A stretch of 63,888 nt of DNA, the filler included, from Choristocarpus tenellus KU-1152 (lineage: Eukaryota > Protista > Phaeophyceae), in the NCBI GenBank assembly GCA_964200185.2. It is 12 parts of 12 records of this genome, joined end to end, with 100 filler letters (N's around TTAATTAATTAA, not from the genome) between each part and the next. Parts side by side here need not be neighbours in the genome. Positions count along the whole stretch, not along the records: positions 20,182 to 29,405 come from CAXNAD020003862.1; positions 29,506 to 34,410 come from CAXNAD020012585.1; positions 34,511 to 39,929 come from CAXNAD020010841.1; 9 more parts are not named here. One strand, given 5' to 3'. The position numbers were made by a program, and so were the translations under genes. Below the pieces are notes generated by a model. The model was not told where the DNA came from. It ran no database searches and was given only the letters and a program-made list of their open reading frames with translations. Position 1 is the first letter of the stretch; the number at the start of each line of letters is the position of its first letter. Shown here piece after piece: positions 23,741 to 38,096 of this stretch.

Positions 23741-26700
23741 CTACGGTTTACTACCTACACCCTTGAGATTTTTGCGCAACAGTGCTTGACTGGAAGTTGA
23801 TGATGGTGCAGACCTAGCAGCTGTTGAGAATGTTCTCACTCCAAGGACCAGCATGGCTGCAGAGAATGCCCACTTCAGAGCAACCTCATCGACATGCCTG
23901 CAGGTATGTGTATGAGTGCATGATGTCTGTGTGTATGTACAATTGCTATAATATACCTTTCAAAAATGTATGTAAAAACTATGTATCCAATCTTTTATAT
24001 GTGAGTTATAGTTTTTTTCATAATACTCCAACAATTATGATAGTGAACGTAATGTGGAATACACAGTCCCAACCGAAATCTACAATCCAGGTTCAGGGGG
24101 TAAGGGGGGCAAATGAATGGTTTCTATTATTTGTGAAGGTGTTTCTAGTGAGCATGACCCTCCTGCATAAACTCTTTCTGCCCAACATGCTGCTTACAAG
24201 GCACCTCCAATCCTTGCCGGATCACAGTCACCTTCAAATTTCATACCTCAATAACAAAGGCACAATTAGCATCAAGGATAGCTTCAAATAATAGCATAAT
24301 TGAGGTCTGGGATTTGGAATCATGAACTCAGGATAGGTCAAGAGAACTGGAGGGAAATACTGTACCACAAATGTGCAACCAAGTCACTAGTCCCACACAA
24401 AATAGGCATACATTCAAGTAGCACAGTAGCATTGATATATCCACAACTTTTCACTTTTTGTGTGTCACACCATTGACAAATACATGAAAATAATAGAGAG
24501 AATACGTATCTCCTACTATTCCTAACCCTAACCTTAAAGTAGCTCAGTAGTAAAATATTGACAACATTTGTCTCAATAGCACCAGATATATTAAATAGAT
24601 ACACATAATAATACATAGAAATCACCTCACCACAACATGAGGATGGTCAAGAGAGACAGACCAAATCAAAAATAGAAGTGCAAACAATCATATTTTTCTC
24701 ATACACTTTCTACTCCCAAAGCTTGTTTTGTGAATTTGGTCCCGGATTACTACTGAGAGTTTTGCAAATGAGGGTTTGCTCTTTCTTATAGCAAGAGACC
24801 GCATGTCATTCTTGCCAAAAGGTACAAGAACATGGAATGTCAGATTCTTTTTCGTAAGACAAAAACTTTGCTGTCTACAAAAAACCTTGGTGTTAGAAAC
24901 TTGAGGTTTCACCGCTGAAATGTTTAAGAACAAAATGTTCACAGACAGTGAAAATTGATACACTATTATCAACAGGTTATTGTGGGTATAAACACCTTCA
25001 TACAGAAAAGGGCAACTCATGGATCACAGCCCAGAGCCATGGCAGCTAAGCTGTTCCCCTAATAAAAACAAATCAGGACAGAAGGGCTAGGGTTAGGGGG
25101 GAAAAGTCCAAGAAGTTGTAATTAGTGCCAATGTCATCCATACACCCTAACCCTAACCCTAAGTAGTGACACTGCCATCCACATAAAATCAACTAAGGGT
25201 CACACAGCTTGTACTCTGCTCAAATCTATTCAAGTTACAAACAAGTACCTTTTAAGCCCTATGTATTCCCATACAGTGACCATCAAAGGGTTAGGGTTAG
25301 GATCACAGAGAGGAGACACCAGAAAAATGACTGCATCTGTTTGAAAAAGTGTTCTCGAAAAAAAGAAGAAATGTTAATGTTGATTAATGTTGTTTAATGT
25401 TGATTTGTCATTGGGTAGAATGTCGTGGGGGACACAGTTTGTCTCATGAGGTAGGAGTACAATTGCCAAAAAGATCAGGCGGATATGGATAGCAGGCACA
25501 GACAGCACTGCTCCAAATAATGTGTGTGTCTAAGTGTGTCTTACGCCCCCACTTTGAGTCTTGAGCATATTCCTCTCTAGCCTCAAGAGAGGGGGGTTCG
25601 GTGTGAGATAGGAATGAGGTAGGTTGAGACGTGAGAATGCTATGTTTGTCTGCGAGTCTTACACTGTTGAGTTAGGGTTAGGGTGTTTCACTTCTTTCTC
25701 TTTTGCCTTTGTTCATATCCTTCACGAGTTTCTCCAGTAACATCATACCCTAACCCTAACCCTAAGAAAATAAAAAGTAGAAACTTGAATGACTTGCATA
25801 ATAATTCCTCACACATTCTCCAGTAACAACAAACCCCTTTGTACCCAAACCCAAACCTAAACCCTAACCCTTGGTTTTCTCACCGAGCAGCAAAATTTCC
25901 TCCAAGGAAGGCACCAAGACTGGTACCCACCGCCAATGGAAGGGCAACCGTCGGTCGTAAATTTCCCTGGAAAAAAAATAATGGTATCAAGAATGACTGA
26001 ACAGTGGTGATAGTAAGAAGAGATATATATTTCTACTACCTAAAACATACCAGTCACAAGATCAATGATCACAACACATACACACAAGAGACATCAGGTA
26101 AGTAAGTTAGAGAGGAATGGAGAGAAATAGTGGCAATCACACAACACTTTTGTTGAAAAAAATAATACATGAAAAGTTAGGGTTAGGGTTAGGGGGAAGA
26201 GAGTAATATGTTTCACTACTCACAAACCTTTGTCAGAACATGTTGAAAGTGAAGGGATAAACTACTTCCACATCGCTAATATGCAATTGCTACCATCTAC
26301 TCAGTACAATATATTTTGGGGGAGTTGGGGTTAGGGTTGGGGTTAGGGTTAGGGACAGGGACATATTTGTCAGATATACAGTAGCATATTTGAGAACATG
26401 TAGAATCGTTATAGAGGAGAGGGGAAAAGTACAACCCTAACCCTAACCCTAACCTTTTTTTACCCACAAAAAAACAAGAATGAAATATAGAATAGTAATA
26501 GGGCAGGATGGTCAAGGGATGTCTTCAACACAACAGTCAAAATGCCCTGAAGGGCCAAGAAGATGTATGTCAACCCTAACCCTAGACAAAAAGTCACCGA
26601 AAGAGAGTATGTCAGCCCTAAACCTCACACAGATGACATATACACATGTGCCAGAAAACAGCTTCCTGCTTTACTCTTCCTGAATCGAATTTTGACACCC

Positions 26701-29405
26701 ATGGCGCTGATATAAGGGAATGAGTGAGATGTATGGGTGTGAACAGCCTGGTTCAACCACACGGACACGATGGTTGGTCCAAGACATTGACAAGGTATGA
26801 CTCTTCTTTTCCCAACAAACAAACAACAGCTTCATGTACACAATTGCCTCCTATCATGCTAGGACATGTCCTCGGTGAACACACAACACCACCCATCCAT
26901 CCATCCATCCATGATTTTCTTTAGTAGTCCCAAAAATAGTACCACTCCACTCAGAAAAGAGTACGTACATCTACTGAGTGTACAAAATTTTGGGATGGAA
27001 AGAAATGGGGATGTAGTCCTTTGGTATACTGAATCTAGGGAAAATTCTGGATGTTTTCCCTGAAAAAAAAAAAGTAGGATCATTATTGACCCCTCTCATG
27101 TACATGGGGTAAAGGTCAGGGTCTTCACTGTAGTATTAGCATTAACACAAATATATAGGGCTAGGGTTGGATTCTTCACTGATTCATATAGTCGAGGACT
27201 TGGGTTAGGATTAGGACTGAGGTAAAGAATGATAATGATATTCTTGGACACTGAAATGCTTCTGTACCCCTAGGATTATATTGAAATTTGGAAACTCTCT
27301 TGACAGTAAGTAAATACTCTGCATCATGACACCTGTTTGAAGTGGGTCACTGATCCCACCAGAGCTGGAAGCACCATGGCAGCGAGGGATGTACCCAGAA
27401 CCTTCATCAGAGGTATGGTGTTGGAGAACAGAAGTTCAGGGGAAAGGATAGAGTGAAAGTGGGGTTAAGTTTGAGGAATGAAAGGATAGGGTTATCTTTA
27501 TCTGGCCTTGTGCAAACAAGCAGGCAGAGGGGAGGGGGGGGAGTTGACCATGATAAGTGAGTCCAAGATACAGTGGAACGTATATGTAGAGTACAAACTT
27601 GAAGAGGTTTGAACAGTAGTACAGTACTAGCAGTTTGAGCTCTATGCAAGAGTTATGGAACAGAAAATATACCAATGGAAGAGGCACAATGTTCAATCGG
27701 CTGAGGTGGGTGACAAGAACCACCTTGAATGAGTGACAAGAACCCTAACCCTTGAATGAGCGAGTGACGAAGAGAAAAAGCCAGCAAAAGCAAGGCAGAT
27801 CCTCAAGGCATCCAGCAAGCATTTTGGGATTATTCTTATCTAGAATCTTGGATTATTCTTACCTAGAATCTTGGAATATTCTTATCTAGAATCTTGGATT
27901 ATTCTTATCTAGAATCTTGGATTATTCTTATCTAGAATCTTGGACTAGATCTGTTTGCCGGGTGTCACATCATTGTTACACTCAACAACTAGCATTCTGA
28001 TCCTCAGAACACCTCAGGACATCTCAGAACATCTCAGTACATCTCAAAACCTTTCTATTGGTTGTTGCTGCTCTGAGTGTCATCAATGACAAAGAAACGC
28101 ACAAGAAATACACTTGAGACTTGAGAGCGGAAACGGTTCAGACTGAGATGAGCTCCCAATGGGACCTGTCCATGACAGATGTATCGACTGCAATGCAAAC
28201 TAATCGAGTTGAAGAAAATGTATCAGCAAAACGTGTTCAACAAGTTCAATGCAGAGTTAGGGTTAGGGTTAGGGTTAGGGTTAGGGTTAGGATGGGAAGA
28301 ACCTTCTTCGTCACACATATTTTTTTAGTTTGTTTTGCGTTCAATAGTTGTGGGACAAAAAAAATGTGGTAGATGTGTTTCAAGCTTACTCACCAAAATT
28401 AAAAAAAAAAATCCAAGAAGATTAAGGCATTCCTTCAACTAAACCTTGGGGGGGCAGTACATGAGGCGGAGAGTATGACAGTGATCAATGTCAATGTAAG
28501 GTATACTGTACCTCATTGTTTGACATTTGCTTCCAATCTGCACACACATTGACCAAGTAGGTCAGATCAGTGGCAAAAAAAATCCTTGACCATGTAAAAA
28601 AAAACATACATATATATGTATATATTAGAAAAATGTGTCCATTCTCTTCAAATCCTTGTAAAACTTCCCAGCACATTTCTGCATCCCAGGTCTGTGGGAG
28701 AAAATGATACATATTTTTAAGTAAATAAAAATAAAGTTCACTTGTAACTTGTTAAACTTGTAACTCATTAAACTTTACATCTTTAGGTCCCAGATCAGTG
28801 ACAAATATGTGAAACCAACAAACAAGAAGTAATGTAAACTGAGTACCTCTTTATACTTGTCAATGTGCCTTTTCAGTCGTACCTCTTTATGTCCTAGATC
28901 AGTAGCAAATGTTATAGCTGGGACGGTAACCACTCCTCCCCCAATGCCGAACATCCCTGCCAAGAGCCCACTGCCCAGGCCTATGGTTCCCATCCTTGTG
29001 ATGTGCTTCAGAGTCAACTCTAGGGAAGACTCCGAAGTAAGAACTGTGGCCAGAGGGCTTACCTCAATCACTCCAGGAGCCCCATCCATACCCTCACAAC
29101 GCTCTCCTCCACCCTGCTGTTTCTCAGAAACTATACCAGAACTTTCCTCATGGTGATCGTCACAACCATCACGTTCAGAGTCACCAGAAAATTCCTTGAG
29201 ATTTTCAACGGGGTCGGATTCAGCCTGGAGCCAGTCTCTCAGAGGTAGCAGGGGCACCACCATTATCATCAGCAGCCCCAGAGCCATCTTGAGTGTTCTG
29301 GGCTTCATCGTGGCTGTCGCACGTGATCCAACGTGTGCTCCAGCCATCCCTGCAACTGCCATGGCAGCAGCCGCTTCATAGTCCACCTCCCCTGTCAGCG
29401 CATAC
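23741..29405 (-). CDS. tauE: TauE/SafE (DUF81) family sulfite exporter, 5' end cut by a gap; exons 29405-28883, 27401-27333, 25966-25884, 23897-23741
   Basis: GLGSGLLAGMFGIGGGVVTVP | VLGTSLAAMVLPALVGSVTHFKQ | GNLRPTVALPLAVGTSLGAFLGGNFAAR | HVDEVALKWAFSAAMLVLGVRTF...TAG. All introns are GT-AG with consistent phases (0, 0, 2). Confidence 0.9.
27827..27944. repeat. Minisatellite, about 5 x 23 bp (GGATTATTCTTATCTAGAATCTT)
   Basis: Head-to-tail repeats with no spacers. A 10-bp CTCAGAACAT-type array follows at ~28002-28048. Confidence 0.9.
28256..28291 (+). repeat. Interstitial telomere-like (TTAGGG)n array
   Basis: About 6 units. Shorter arrays occur on both strands across 25080-27220 and at 51318-51335 and 63497-63520. 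Confidence 0.9.
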
Positions 29406-29505
29406 NNNNNNNNNNNNNNNNNNNNNNNNNNNNNNNNNNNNNNNNNNNNTTAATTAATTAANNNNNNNNNNNNNNNNNNNNNNNNNNNNNNNNNNNNNNN
29501 NNNNN

Positions 29506-29850
29506 TCTCAAATCTTAAGCGGTCACCATTCTTCACACACATAGTGAGCATACAGCTACATTGAGCATTATCCCCCTCGCATACGCACTAAGAAGGAAGC
29601 GACAGATACTAGCCTCCATCCATGGAACTTCATTGTTTGCTACTCCTTCAAGCACGTTCAAGGCAGACTCTGATTCATCTAGACCTTCAACTTTATTATC
29701 TTCAAGCTCCACACGAGGAAGGGCATATCCGTCAGATAGATGGATCGATGTCGACGCAATACTCGGCCAGGAGCCCACCCTCACTGTCTTCAGAGTACCT
29801 ACTTATGGCCTATTCCAGTCTTACACAATCCGGTCCTTTTTTTCTTGTCT
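29506..29850 (-). mobile_element. Possible Copia gag N-terminal remnant
   Basis: Weak resemblance only (TVRVGS...KVE...LEGVANNEV); decayed. Confidence 0.2.
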
Positions 29851-32800
29851 GGTCTCAAGAATTTCGGCTTTGAAATAAACTGCGATATCGTCGAATCAGA
29901 CCGATTCCTGGTCGAATCAAACCGATCCCCAATCTAATCAGACCGATCCAATCGCTACGATTAACGACACAGCAGCAATATTATTTTTGTTAAGTAATAA
30001 TGGTAAATTCAAGTGCACAACCAAAGAGCATTGGGCAATGAGAGAGGCGCACAGACCGTAGTGGTGGGCAGTTAAATTATGGCTGCCCTGCCATTAGTGG
30101 AACACACACTGGTTGTCATTGCATCATTTGCGGTTGATTTATAATTGTGAGTGTTGTTTTCTGGGTAGTTAAAGTGGAGTTGTTGCGACCTCCTTCAGGG
30201 TACGAACCTCTGAAGCAGTACGCACTTCGTTCCCTCCTGCCCATGGCTGTTGAGTAGTTCCCTTGTTTTGATCTGGATGAATTTTGATTAGCTAATCGTA
30301 GGCTGCTTGTGTTGCTTTGGGTCGGTTTCTTATTATGTTGATAAATACACATCCTACCCACAACATACAGCCGTAACCCCCAGTCTCCAAAACGCCTTCC
30401 ATGGTGGAAACGAAGAACAAGAAATTCGGTTTCTTTTATGGTTCCCTCGTTTCAGGATCAAATTTTCAGGTCCTGGCTGCCCAAGGACAAAACCGAGACG
30501 TTGACGGATTCTGTTGGCTCCTGTGGGAAACTCAAATCCCATGTCTCTGAGATTGAGCATCAGACCCAATACTTGACAGGAACGGAGGTGGGTAGAACGG
30601 TAGATCAATCTCCTTTTCGACGCGACTTTGTTCTTTGTTTGACAAACCTGTCACAGTTTGAGTACGTCTAATCCCGACACTAGGAAACTAGAAACACTTG
30701 CCTCGCTCAACTTTACGTCGTTGAGCGAACGTGTAAGCTATCCTATGCCCATGTATATGGAACAACGGTAAGTTCGACATTTTCTGACGCATGAAAAATT
30801 CCAAGATTGCTCCGCCCGTGATGTCCGTCCACGACCTGGCGGGTTCTCGTGCCACAGATATCTTGAGCCTTGTTCCAACCTCGCCGTATTCCATAGTGGA
30901 TATGAAATTTGCGCAGATTTAATGAGTAATATTTACGATCGTGAGGAGTATAATAACAATTGCAGTAGAGTTGAGTCGTAGCGCTTTCTATCGATCTAAC
31001 CAAGTTGATCCCAGGTCTGTGTTTTAGTGTTCGTATTTCAATAGTTTCCTACTTAGTTTCTTTTCTTTTCCACCCCCGATCCCCGCCACGAATGTCTGCT
31101 CTACCGACACAAAACGAGTATAATATTTCGTCGACCTGTTTCTTTGCCTAATATATTTTCCATCCCGAGGTGGCTGGCTTACCAGGCCTTCGAAATAGCT
31201 CGAAGTATGTAGTCCAGGTGGGAAAGATACCACCTATCATACGAACTGGGGTTTCCTCTAATCGAAGTTTATCCCTCAAACCAAAACATAATTTGAGAGA
31301 GAAGGTACTGTATGTGTCTGTGACCCTGAAGTCTTTTACATGCCTACATGGTGTATCACACCGGATCTCCCACTTTGATCATGCACAACTTACTACCACA
31401 TTGTTGACATTTTTGTAACAGCTGGTAGTCTAAATAATCAAAAGCATCACTGTCCCCACTGGGGGTAGAGTCCTGTTCGTAGATAGTGCTGCTGATACAC
31501 TATAGACACCACTGGTGGATTATGTGAGAGGGTAGAGANNNNNNNNNNATGTTCAAGATACACATCCTATACTTAGAATAAGCAAAAAAGTAATTATAGT
31601 AAATTAGTGTGGACGATTACAAACCCCACACTATAGAGTAATGATGGTCGTTAAGGCTAGAGTCTCACCCATGAGCTCAGTAAGGAGAATCGAGACCATA
31701 AAGGCCCTTGTATTACTAACATTGTTCATCTATATCGAGCTGTTCTTTGTCCTTCATTAAAGCACCATAAAAGCCGCGAGTCCAGTGTGGGATAGTTCAA
31801 CAAGCCCCACTCTGGACATCACTGTTCATCGAAGTTTTTTTCATGACCTGAGAGTGTCGAAATGAACCTTTTTGATCTAGCTCTCTGGAGGAAAGAAGAG
31901 GCAGTATTCAGGAACACTATTGCACATGCTCACCCCACGAAATCAAAGTCAGGTAAGCAAAAGAGTCCTGAACCAAGATCTCCTGTCAGCAGGTGAAACT
32001 CAGAGGAGATCTACGATATGCTAATAAAAACTGTGTTGTATGACTCTGGGTGAGGTGATATTGACTTAGTGTCTTTTTCCTCCAGGCGCTCGTTTGAGAT
32101 ACACAAGTTGCATTGAAATCCTAATCATCCCATACACACTTCTTGCTACAATGTTCCCTTCCCCTTCTCTTATACCCCCCAAAGTTCAAGATGCAAATCC
32201 AAATCAAGGTTCGTGTACTTGGGGTACGTGGCATGTATTCCCGTCAATTCAGGTGAAGGGCTGATGAGAAGCATAACAAAGATGAAGAGGTTAGAGTGTC
32301 CTGAATTGAATTCCTTCCAATATATATTTTTTGTGGATGAGTCCATCACAGGAGCTCTCTTTCTTGACATTGAGCCAGCAGGCCAGCGTTCGAGGGGGTC
32401 ACCATACACAATAAACGTATTCATCAGTGTTTGTGTTTGAACTGCTGTACCTTCACTAATCCTGTTTTTTTATTGCATTCCATAACTTGATGGACCTCTC
32501 ATTCATACTTTGTACACATAGTCACACATCATATTATACTACATGTTCTCCATTGCGTTACAATGATTGAGGTATTTTCCTCCACCAAAACGGAAGTAGT
32601 TACCCAATGTTGTTGCTCCCCACACGGTGGATGACGGCCTACAACGAGAATTGATACACTGCAAAGGGATTGAAATATCTGTAAAGAGGCAGAACAGTTA
32701 GTGTAAAGAACACAACATTTTATCAAATCCTTTGTAAGTTCTTATCCCACCCCCGAGCTCTTCTTCAGTACTCCCTCACTGTGTCTAAAATAGACAATGC

Positions 32801-33973
32801 ACCCATAGAGCGGATGATCATTACTCACAGTGTCACTACCATTCACCCCAGGAGGAGAGGGACTCCAAATGACCAAGGGAAGTTAATACTGCAGCCCTCA
32901 ATCAGGCCAAGAGATTATTGGCTTGATTGGGAGGTGAAAATGCGGTAAGCAGATAGATATCAGGATATCATTTTGAGAAATATTATACAAAGGAAAATAT
33001 ATGTCTACTTGTGGAACGGTGCCCGTACACTGTAAAGGAAATTACTGTAGTAAAATTTACAAAACGATTTGTTTGGAGTAAAATTGATATGCTATAGGTA
33101 TTACAAAAACAACCTCCTCTTGGAAACCTACAGCTGCAGAATGGGCACATTTGACCATGAAAGGACAAATTCGGTTGCCATGAGGACGTACAGTTTGCAA
33201 AGTACTTGACCAATTCTACTGGATCTGAAGCATTTTTTGAGAGGATGAAACCTTGTTAAAGCCGTTCTAGCTATTAGGAATATATTGATGACAGCTTCCA
33301 GTAACAACGATGACTTTTAGTGGATTTTATGGATGAATTTCTTCTGATTGTTGTGGTTCTCAAAAACCTGTGTAAGATTTGCAATAGTTATGGATCGATA
33401 ATCAAATCTTTACCAATAAAGGACTGCAGCATTATTCTGTATAGTTTTCGCCTCTGCTACTTGCCGATCCCTGTCATTTTAATCACGTCTCAATCCAAGG
33501 TCTTGTCTAGTCATTGTAGAAATCGGAGGGGAGAAAATGGTTATACACGAGGAAAATGGTTGAGCACACCACTATTTCTGCAATTGCAAAGAGCTTCTTT
33601 GGTTATTTGAGGGGTGTGAATATGTGATGGAATTTTATGGGCGTGTATTGGGTTCACGTATGCGTTCAAAAATATTTTTGTCGAGGAGGTGTTACATCAG
33701 ATTTACCGAATGGACTTCTTGAGGATATTAATGATCTTATCAGTAAAATCTTAAACCAATTTTCTGGCGTTGAAACATTACTCAATAATAACTGAATACG
33801 GAAGCAGCGGCTAGTTGGTGTTGGTGTTGTTAGTCAAAAGCAGGCAGGTGTTGCGTCAATCTAGAAATAGGAAAGATGGCATATATAGATGACATAAAAA
33901 TACAAAAACATGCTGTTTAAAATAGACACCGGAATCAGTAAGCTTCAGCTAGATCAACTGGTCTTAGATTCAT

Positions 33974-34231
33974 GAGTGAAAGTATCTTAGAGGGTACGAG
34001 TTTTGCCCTGCCTGTCCATTTGGACTTGACTTCCCATGGGCTTCTTTAGTACAATTTCCCACTCCAAAATGTTTCGGAGTAGGTAAAATGTGTATGTCAT
34101 GAAAAGGTGTGTCTGAAACATGGATATTGACAGTTCCTAACAAACACGATAGTCAAAATTACATCAAAATTGCAACATTGGATTTTGGTCCCTAAATGGA
34201 CACGACTCTACCCTCTCAGATACTTTGACTC
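33974..34231. mobile_element. MITE family A
   Basis: TIRs and body. Confidence 0.9.
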
Positions 34232-34567
34232 TCGACATGGACTTGAGGAATAAGGGATGAGAAAGTTTCTTATTCGAAAGGCTCTGTTGTTTTATGGTTC
34301 TCATGTCCAGAAATAGAATTTTGAAAAATAATGTCAATTTAAATTTAGTGATAATAAGATTGATTGCAACTACTTACTTAAAATTGAAATTAAACCGAAA
34401 GAAGGGGGATNNNNNNNNNNNNNNNNNNNNNNNNNNNNNNNNNNNNNNNNNNNNTTAATTAATTAANNNNNNNNNNNNNNNNNNNNNNNNNNNNNNNNNN
34501 NNNNNNNNNNACCCCTCCCCATCTCCACCTTTCCTCCCCCCTTCCTGGTATCTTTCTGATGGGGTAG

Positions 34568-36466
34568 TTGAAGAATAATACCAGGGAGTGCAGTATGGGA
34601 GCCTTGGAGCGCCTCAAAAAGGCCCTGGAAGAAGAGGAGGAGAGGAAGGCCCTCTGCCAAAAGCTTGAAGCAGAGAAGACAACCTTGGATAAGATCAAAG
34701 TAGAGGTGATATTTCTTCACCAGGCAACAAGCACATTACAAGTAGGGTAACTCAAGTATATTGAGTTTGTGGCATGTTCTGCTTTTGAGGTTTAGTTGGG
34801 GAGATAAGAGGCTGCACACTGAACCCCAAAACAATTCTAATCCTAATCCTAAAACTAACCCAATCTCTGTCCCTGATTTAGGTATTATTAATATTTTTTG
34901 GAGAAAAAGCATCTTCGAGAGTACGGGTTTGCCCTGTTTATCCGTTTGGGGCTAGACTTCCCACCTGTTTTTCAAGACTTTGTCCTATTCCAAAATGTTT
35001 CGGAATTGGTAAAATGTATACGTTTTGGAGTAGGTTTGATGTATAAAACTATGAAAAGTGTGTCTGGAACACGGATATTGACCCTTCCTCCCAAACACAA
35101 TAACCAATATTACATGAAAATCGCAATTTTGAATTTTGGCCTTCAGATGGCCACAGTCGTACCCTCTAAGATACTTTCACCTTGCCCTAGTTTAGGTTAG
35201 AGAGTACAGAATAGTATATAGTCCCTGTGCTGTTGTATTAAAAGGTGAGTGCTTCTTCTAGGTAGGGCAAATACATTATTACTTCATGTGTAACTGCCTT
35301 CTACTACAATTGATAGTAGCGTTTCCTCTTTCCTCTGTTCCATTCATCTTCATCCCTGCTTAGGATCTCCAGGTTCTGTGTCTTTCCATACACATATGCA
35401 TCTATATGTACAGCACAGAGCACCATGTCAATTGGAAGTGCCCCTCTGATACACTTGAAAACGCCGGCAAGTTTCTTTTTGAAAGCTCAGTCAGAATTCA
35501 TGCAGAGAGGTTGCAGGACCAAGGGTGGAAAAATCAGTCCTGAGACATTACAAAAAATATATATTATAGAGGTTGTGAGGGTGGTATCAAATGCAATGAC
35601 TTAGTTTCTTCAACGATTCAATCAAACCATTCCATTGGTTCATCGTTGCGGCAAGATTATTCTATTGGTTCAATGCTACAAGCAGGCTGTCCTATTTTTT
35701 GAAAATACAATTTCTTGTATCGTGTCCAGCACCCCCACTCAATGCTGGTGTAACTCCTTCGTAGAGGGAGAACACAACAAATGCTCCATCATACCTCATT
35801 CCTCATAATGTTCTGGTTCAAGTCCTTACCAAACTTTGAATGTCAAGCTGTTCTGATGATCGACATCCCACCACCAAGACACACCATTCGCAATAAAAAA
35901 AGTACATTCTGACTCCACCTATTCATTTGTCATTCCTCTCCATACCTATCTACATTCATGTTTCCTTATTTAAGTTTGATTTCACCATCACTCTACCTTT
36001 AGCCATAGGTCCGAGACCTCTCAGGCTACTGTGAAGGCAATGATAGTAATGCTGCATTCTATTTTGTATCAGCTGAACTCCACTTTTTTCGCATTTCAAT
36101 GATTCGAGGTGAGGTTAGCATAGTGCGAAAGGCAACATTCAGGCCAGCAGAATAGCCTTGATGTGACAGAAGTCAATGAATTGTATAGTCCCTTTGACCT
36201 CTCTCATCCCCTCAACTGATTCTACCCCCATTGTATCGTACCGTGTATTACTTTGTTCTTCACAGGTCCTTCGACTAGAGCACCAAATGAAACAGGTGAG
36301 CAAATCAGCTCACACTACAAGAGAAGGACTTGATGGACGCCATGGAAGTAAGGCAGGGATGACAATGGTGGGGCTTGATGTCTTGACTCGGGTTAAGTCC
36401 CTTCTATTTGTCAAAAAATCGGGTCAGGCTCGGCAAACCAGCCTTGTCATTGCTGCAAAAGCGGAG
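34568..36466 (+). CDS. Partial gene for a coiled-coil protein; exons ~34568-34705 and 36266-36466
   Basis: ALERLKKALEEEEERKALCQKLEAEKTTLDKIKVE|GT, then CACAG|VLRLEHQMKQ...AAKAE|GTACG. Phases 0-0 are consistent. Confidence 0.55.
34901..35181. mobile_element. MITE family A, degenerate, with a small internal duplication
   Basis: TIRs and body. Confidence 0.85.
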
Positions 36467-36908
36467 GTACGTGGGTGCATGTCTCCTCCACCTTGGGCAT
36501 AGTTCTTCTATTCTTACAAAGGGAAAATATGTGAATATGTTCAAAATATTTTGAAAATGGAACAGGCAACCAAACTCATGAAAGTGTGATGCTACATCCA
36601 TAGAGTATTCTCCAAAATAATGCATGGCCATAATTGTATACTGCCACAAGCAACTAGATGGAGGGAGTTGCAGGTCATTAGAACCGCCCTTCACAGGAGT
36701 GATGGACAACACCACGAAGTCACAAGAGTGCCAGAATGTGTGTATCATTCCCATTGGAGAAAACCTGTCCATTTTAGTATGCTGTGCTGATCCGTGTATA
36801 TAGATTGACGTGAGAGAGACAAGGGCCAAGAGGTGCTTGATCTCTAGGACATTGACTGCTGTATCCTCTCTAAGCACGTTTCAGCAGAATTTATCCCAAC
36901 TGAAGACT

Positions 36909-37168
36909 GAGTCAAAGCATCTTAGAGGGTATAGCTGCATCCGTTTGGGGTCGAAAATTCAATGTTGAGATTTTGATGTAATTTTGTCTATCATGTCCAT
37001 TAGGAAGTATCAATATCCTTGTTCCGGACTCACCTTCTCATAGGTTTATAGATTATACCTACTCTGAAACTTTTAGGAGTAGGAAAATGTCATAAAAAAC
37101 CCATGGGAAGCCAAAGCCCCAAACGGACAAACTGGGCAATACTTCTACCCTCTTGAATGTTTTGGCTC
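36909..37168. mobile_element. MITE family A
   Basis: TIRs and body. Confidence 0.88.
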
Positions 37169-37344
37169 ACTTTTTACTTCGCCTGCCCTAAAAGGTGCAG
37201 CTAATTCAACCCTGATTGTTCCAATAATAATCTCATGCACGTGTTCTCCAAATGGTGGCTAGTGTAAGACCCCCTTGGACACCATAGAATATTGCGTGAG
37301 GAATGTGTTGAATGAAGTATGAGCAGGAGCTTGAGGGCTGTAAT

Positions 37345-37603
37345 ATGTGAAAGTATTTTAGAGGGTACGAGTTTGCCCTGTTTGTCCATTTAGGTCTTGG
37401 CATCCCATGGGGTTTTTTTCCGACATTTTCCTAATCCAAAATGTTTCTGAGTAGATAAAATGTGTACTTTATGAAACGTTGTGCCTGGAACAAGGATATT
37501 GACACTTCCTAACAAACACGATAGCAAAAATTACATCAAAATCGCAACATTGGAGTTTAGACCCCATATAGACGCGGCCCTACCCTCTATGATACTTTGA
37601 CTA
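37345..37603. mobile_element. MITE family A, opposite orientation
   Basis: TIRs and body. Confidence 0.88.
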
Positions 37604-37838
37604 AAAGAAGACTAGGATGGGGAAGATAGGAAGGTGTAGTGGGGTCATTGATGAATGAAGAGGTGCAGTAGAAGATTATGGATCATTAACAAAAACAGCT
37701 TTGCTTCATCACCTCCTGAGGTATACAATGCCAGAATTATCGGCCAATGTGTTGTAGATAGTACACTGGAGTATATTGCATGACCATAATCCATAAGATC
37801 AAGAATTATGGGCATCACATAGAAGTGCATCACCCTCT

Positions 37839-38096
37839 GAGTCAGTGTATCTTAGAGGGTAGAGCTGCGTTCATTTGGGGGCCAAAATCCAATGTTGTGA
37901 TTTTGATGCATTTTTGGCTATCGTCTTTGATAGGAAGTGTCAATATCCTTGTTCGGACACACCTTTTCATAACGTACACATTTCACCTACTTCAAAATAT
38001 TTTGGAGTTGATAAAATGTCATAAAAACCCCGTAGGAAGCCAATCCCCAAATGGACAAACAGGGAAAAGATCGCACCCTCTAAGATACTTTCACTC
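37839..38096. mobile_element. MITE family A
   Basis: TIRs and body. Confidence 0.9.

Noticed and set aside
27827-27944. CRISPR-like array
   Set aside because: The repeats are head-to-tail with no spacers, there are no cas genes, and the context is a eukaryotic intron.
28256-28291. True telomere or chromosome fusion site
   Set aside because: Only about 6 units, inside an intron of an otherwise intact gene.
31550-33900. Decayed retroelement-like sequence
   Set aside because: No diagnostic motif could be read with confidence.
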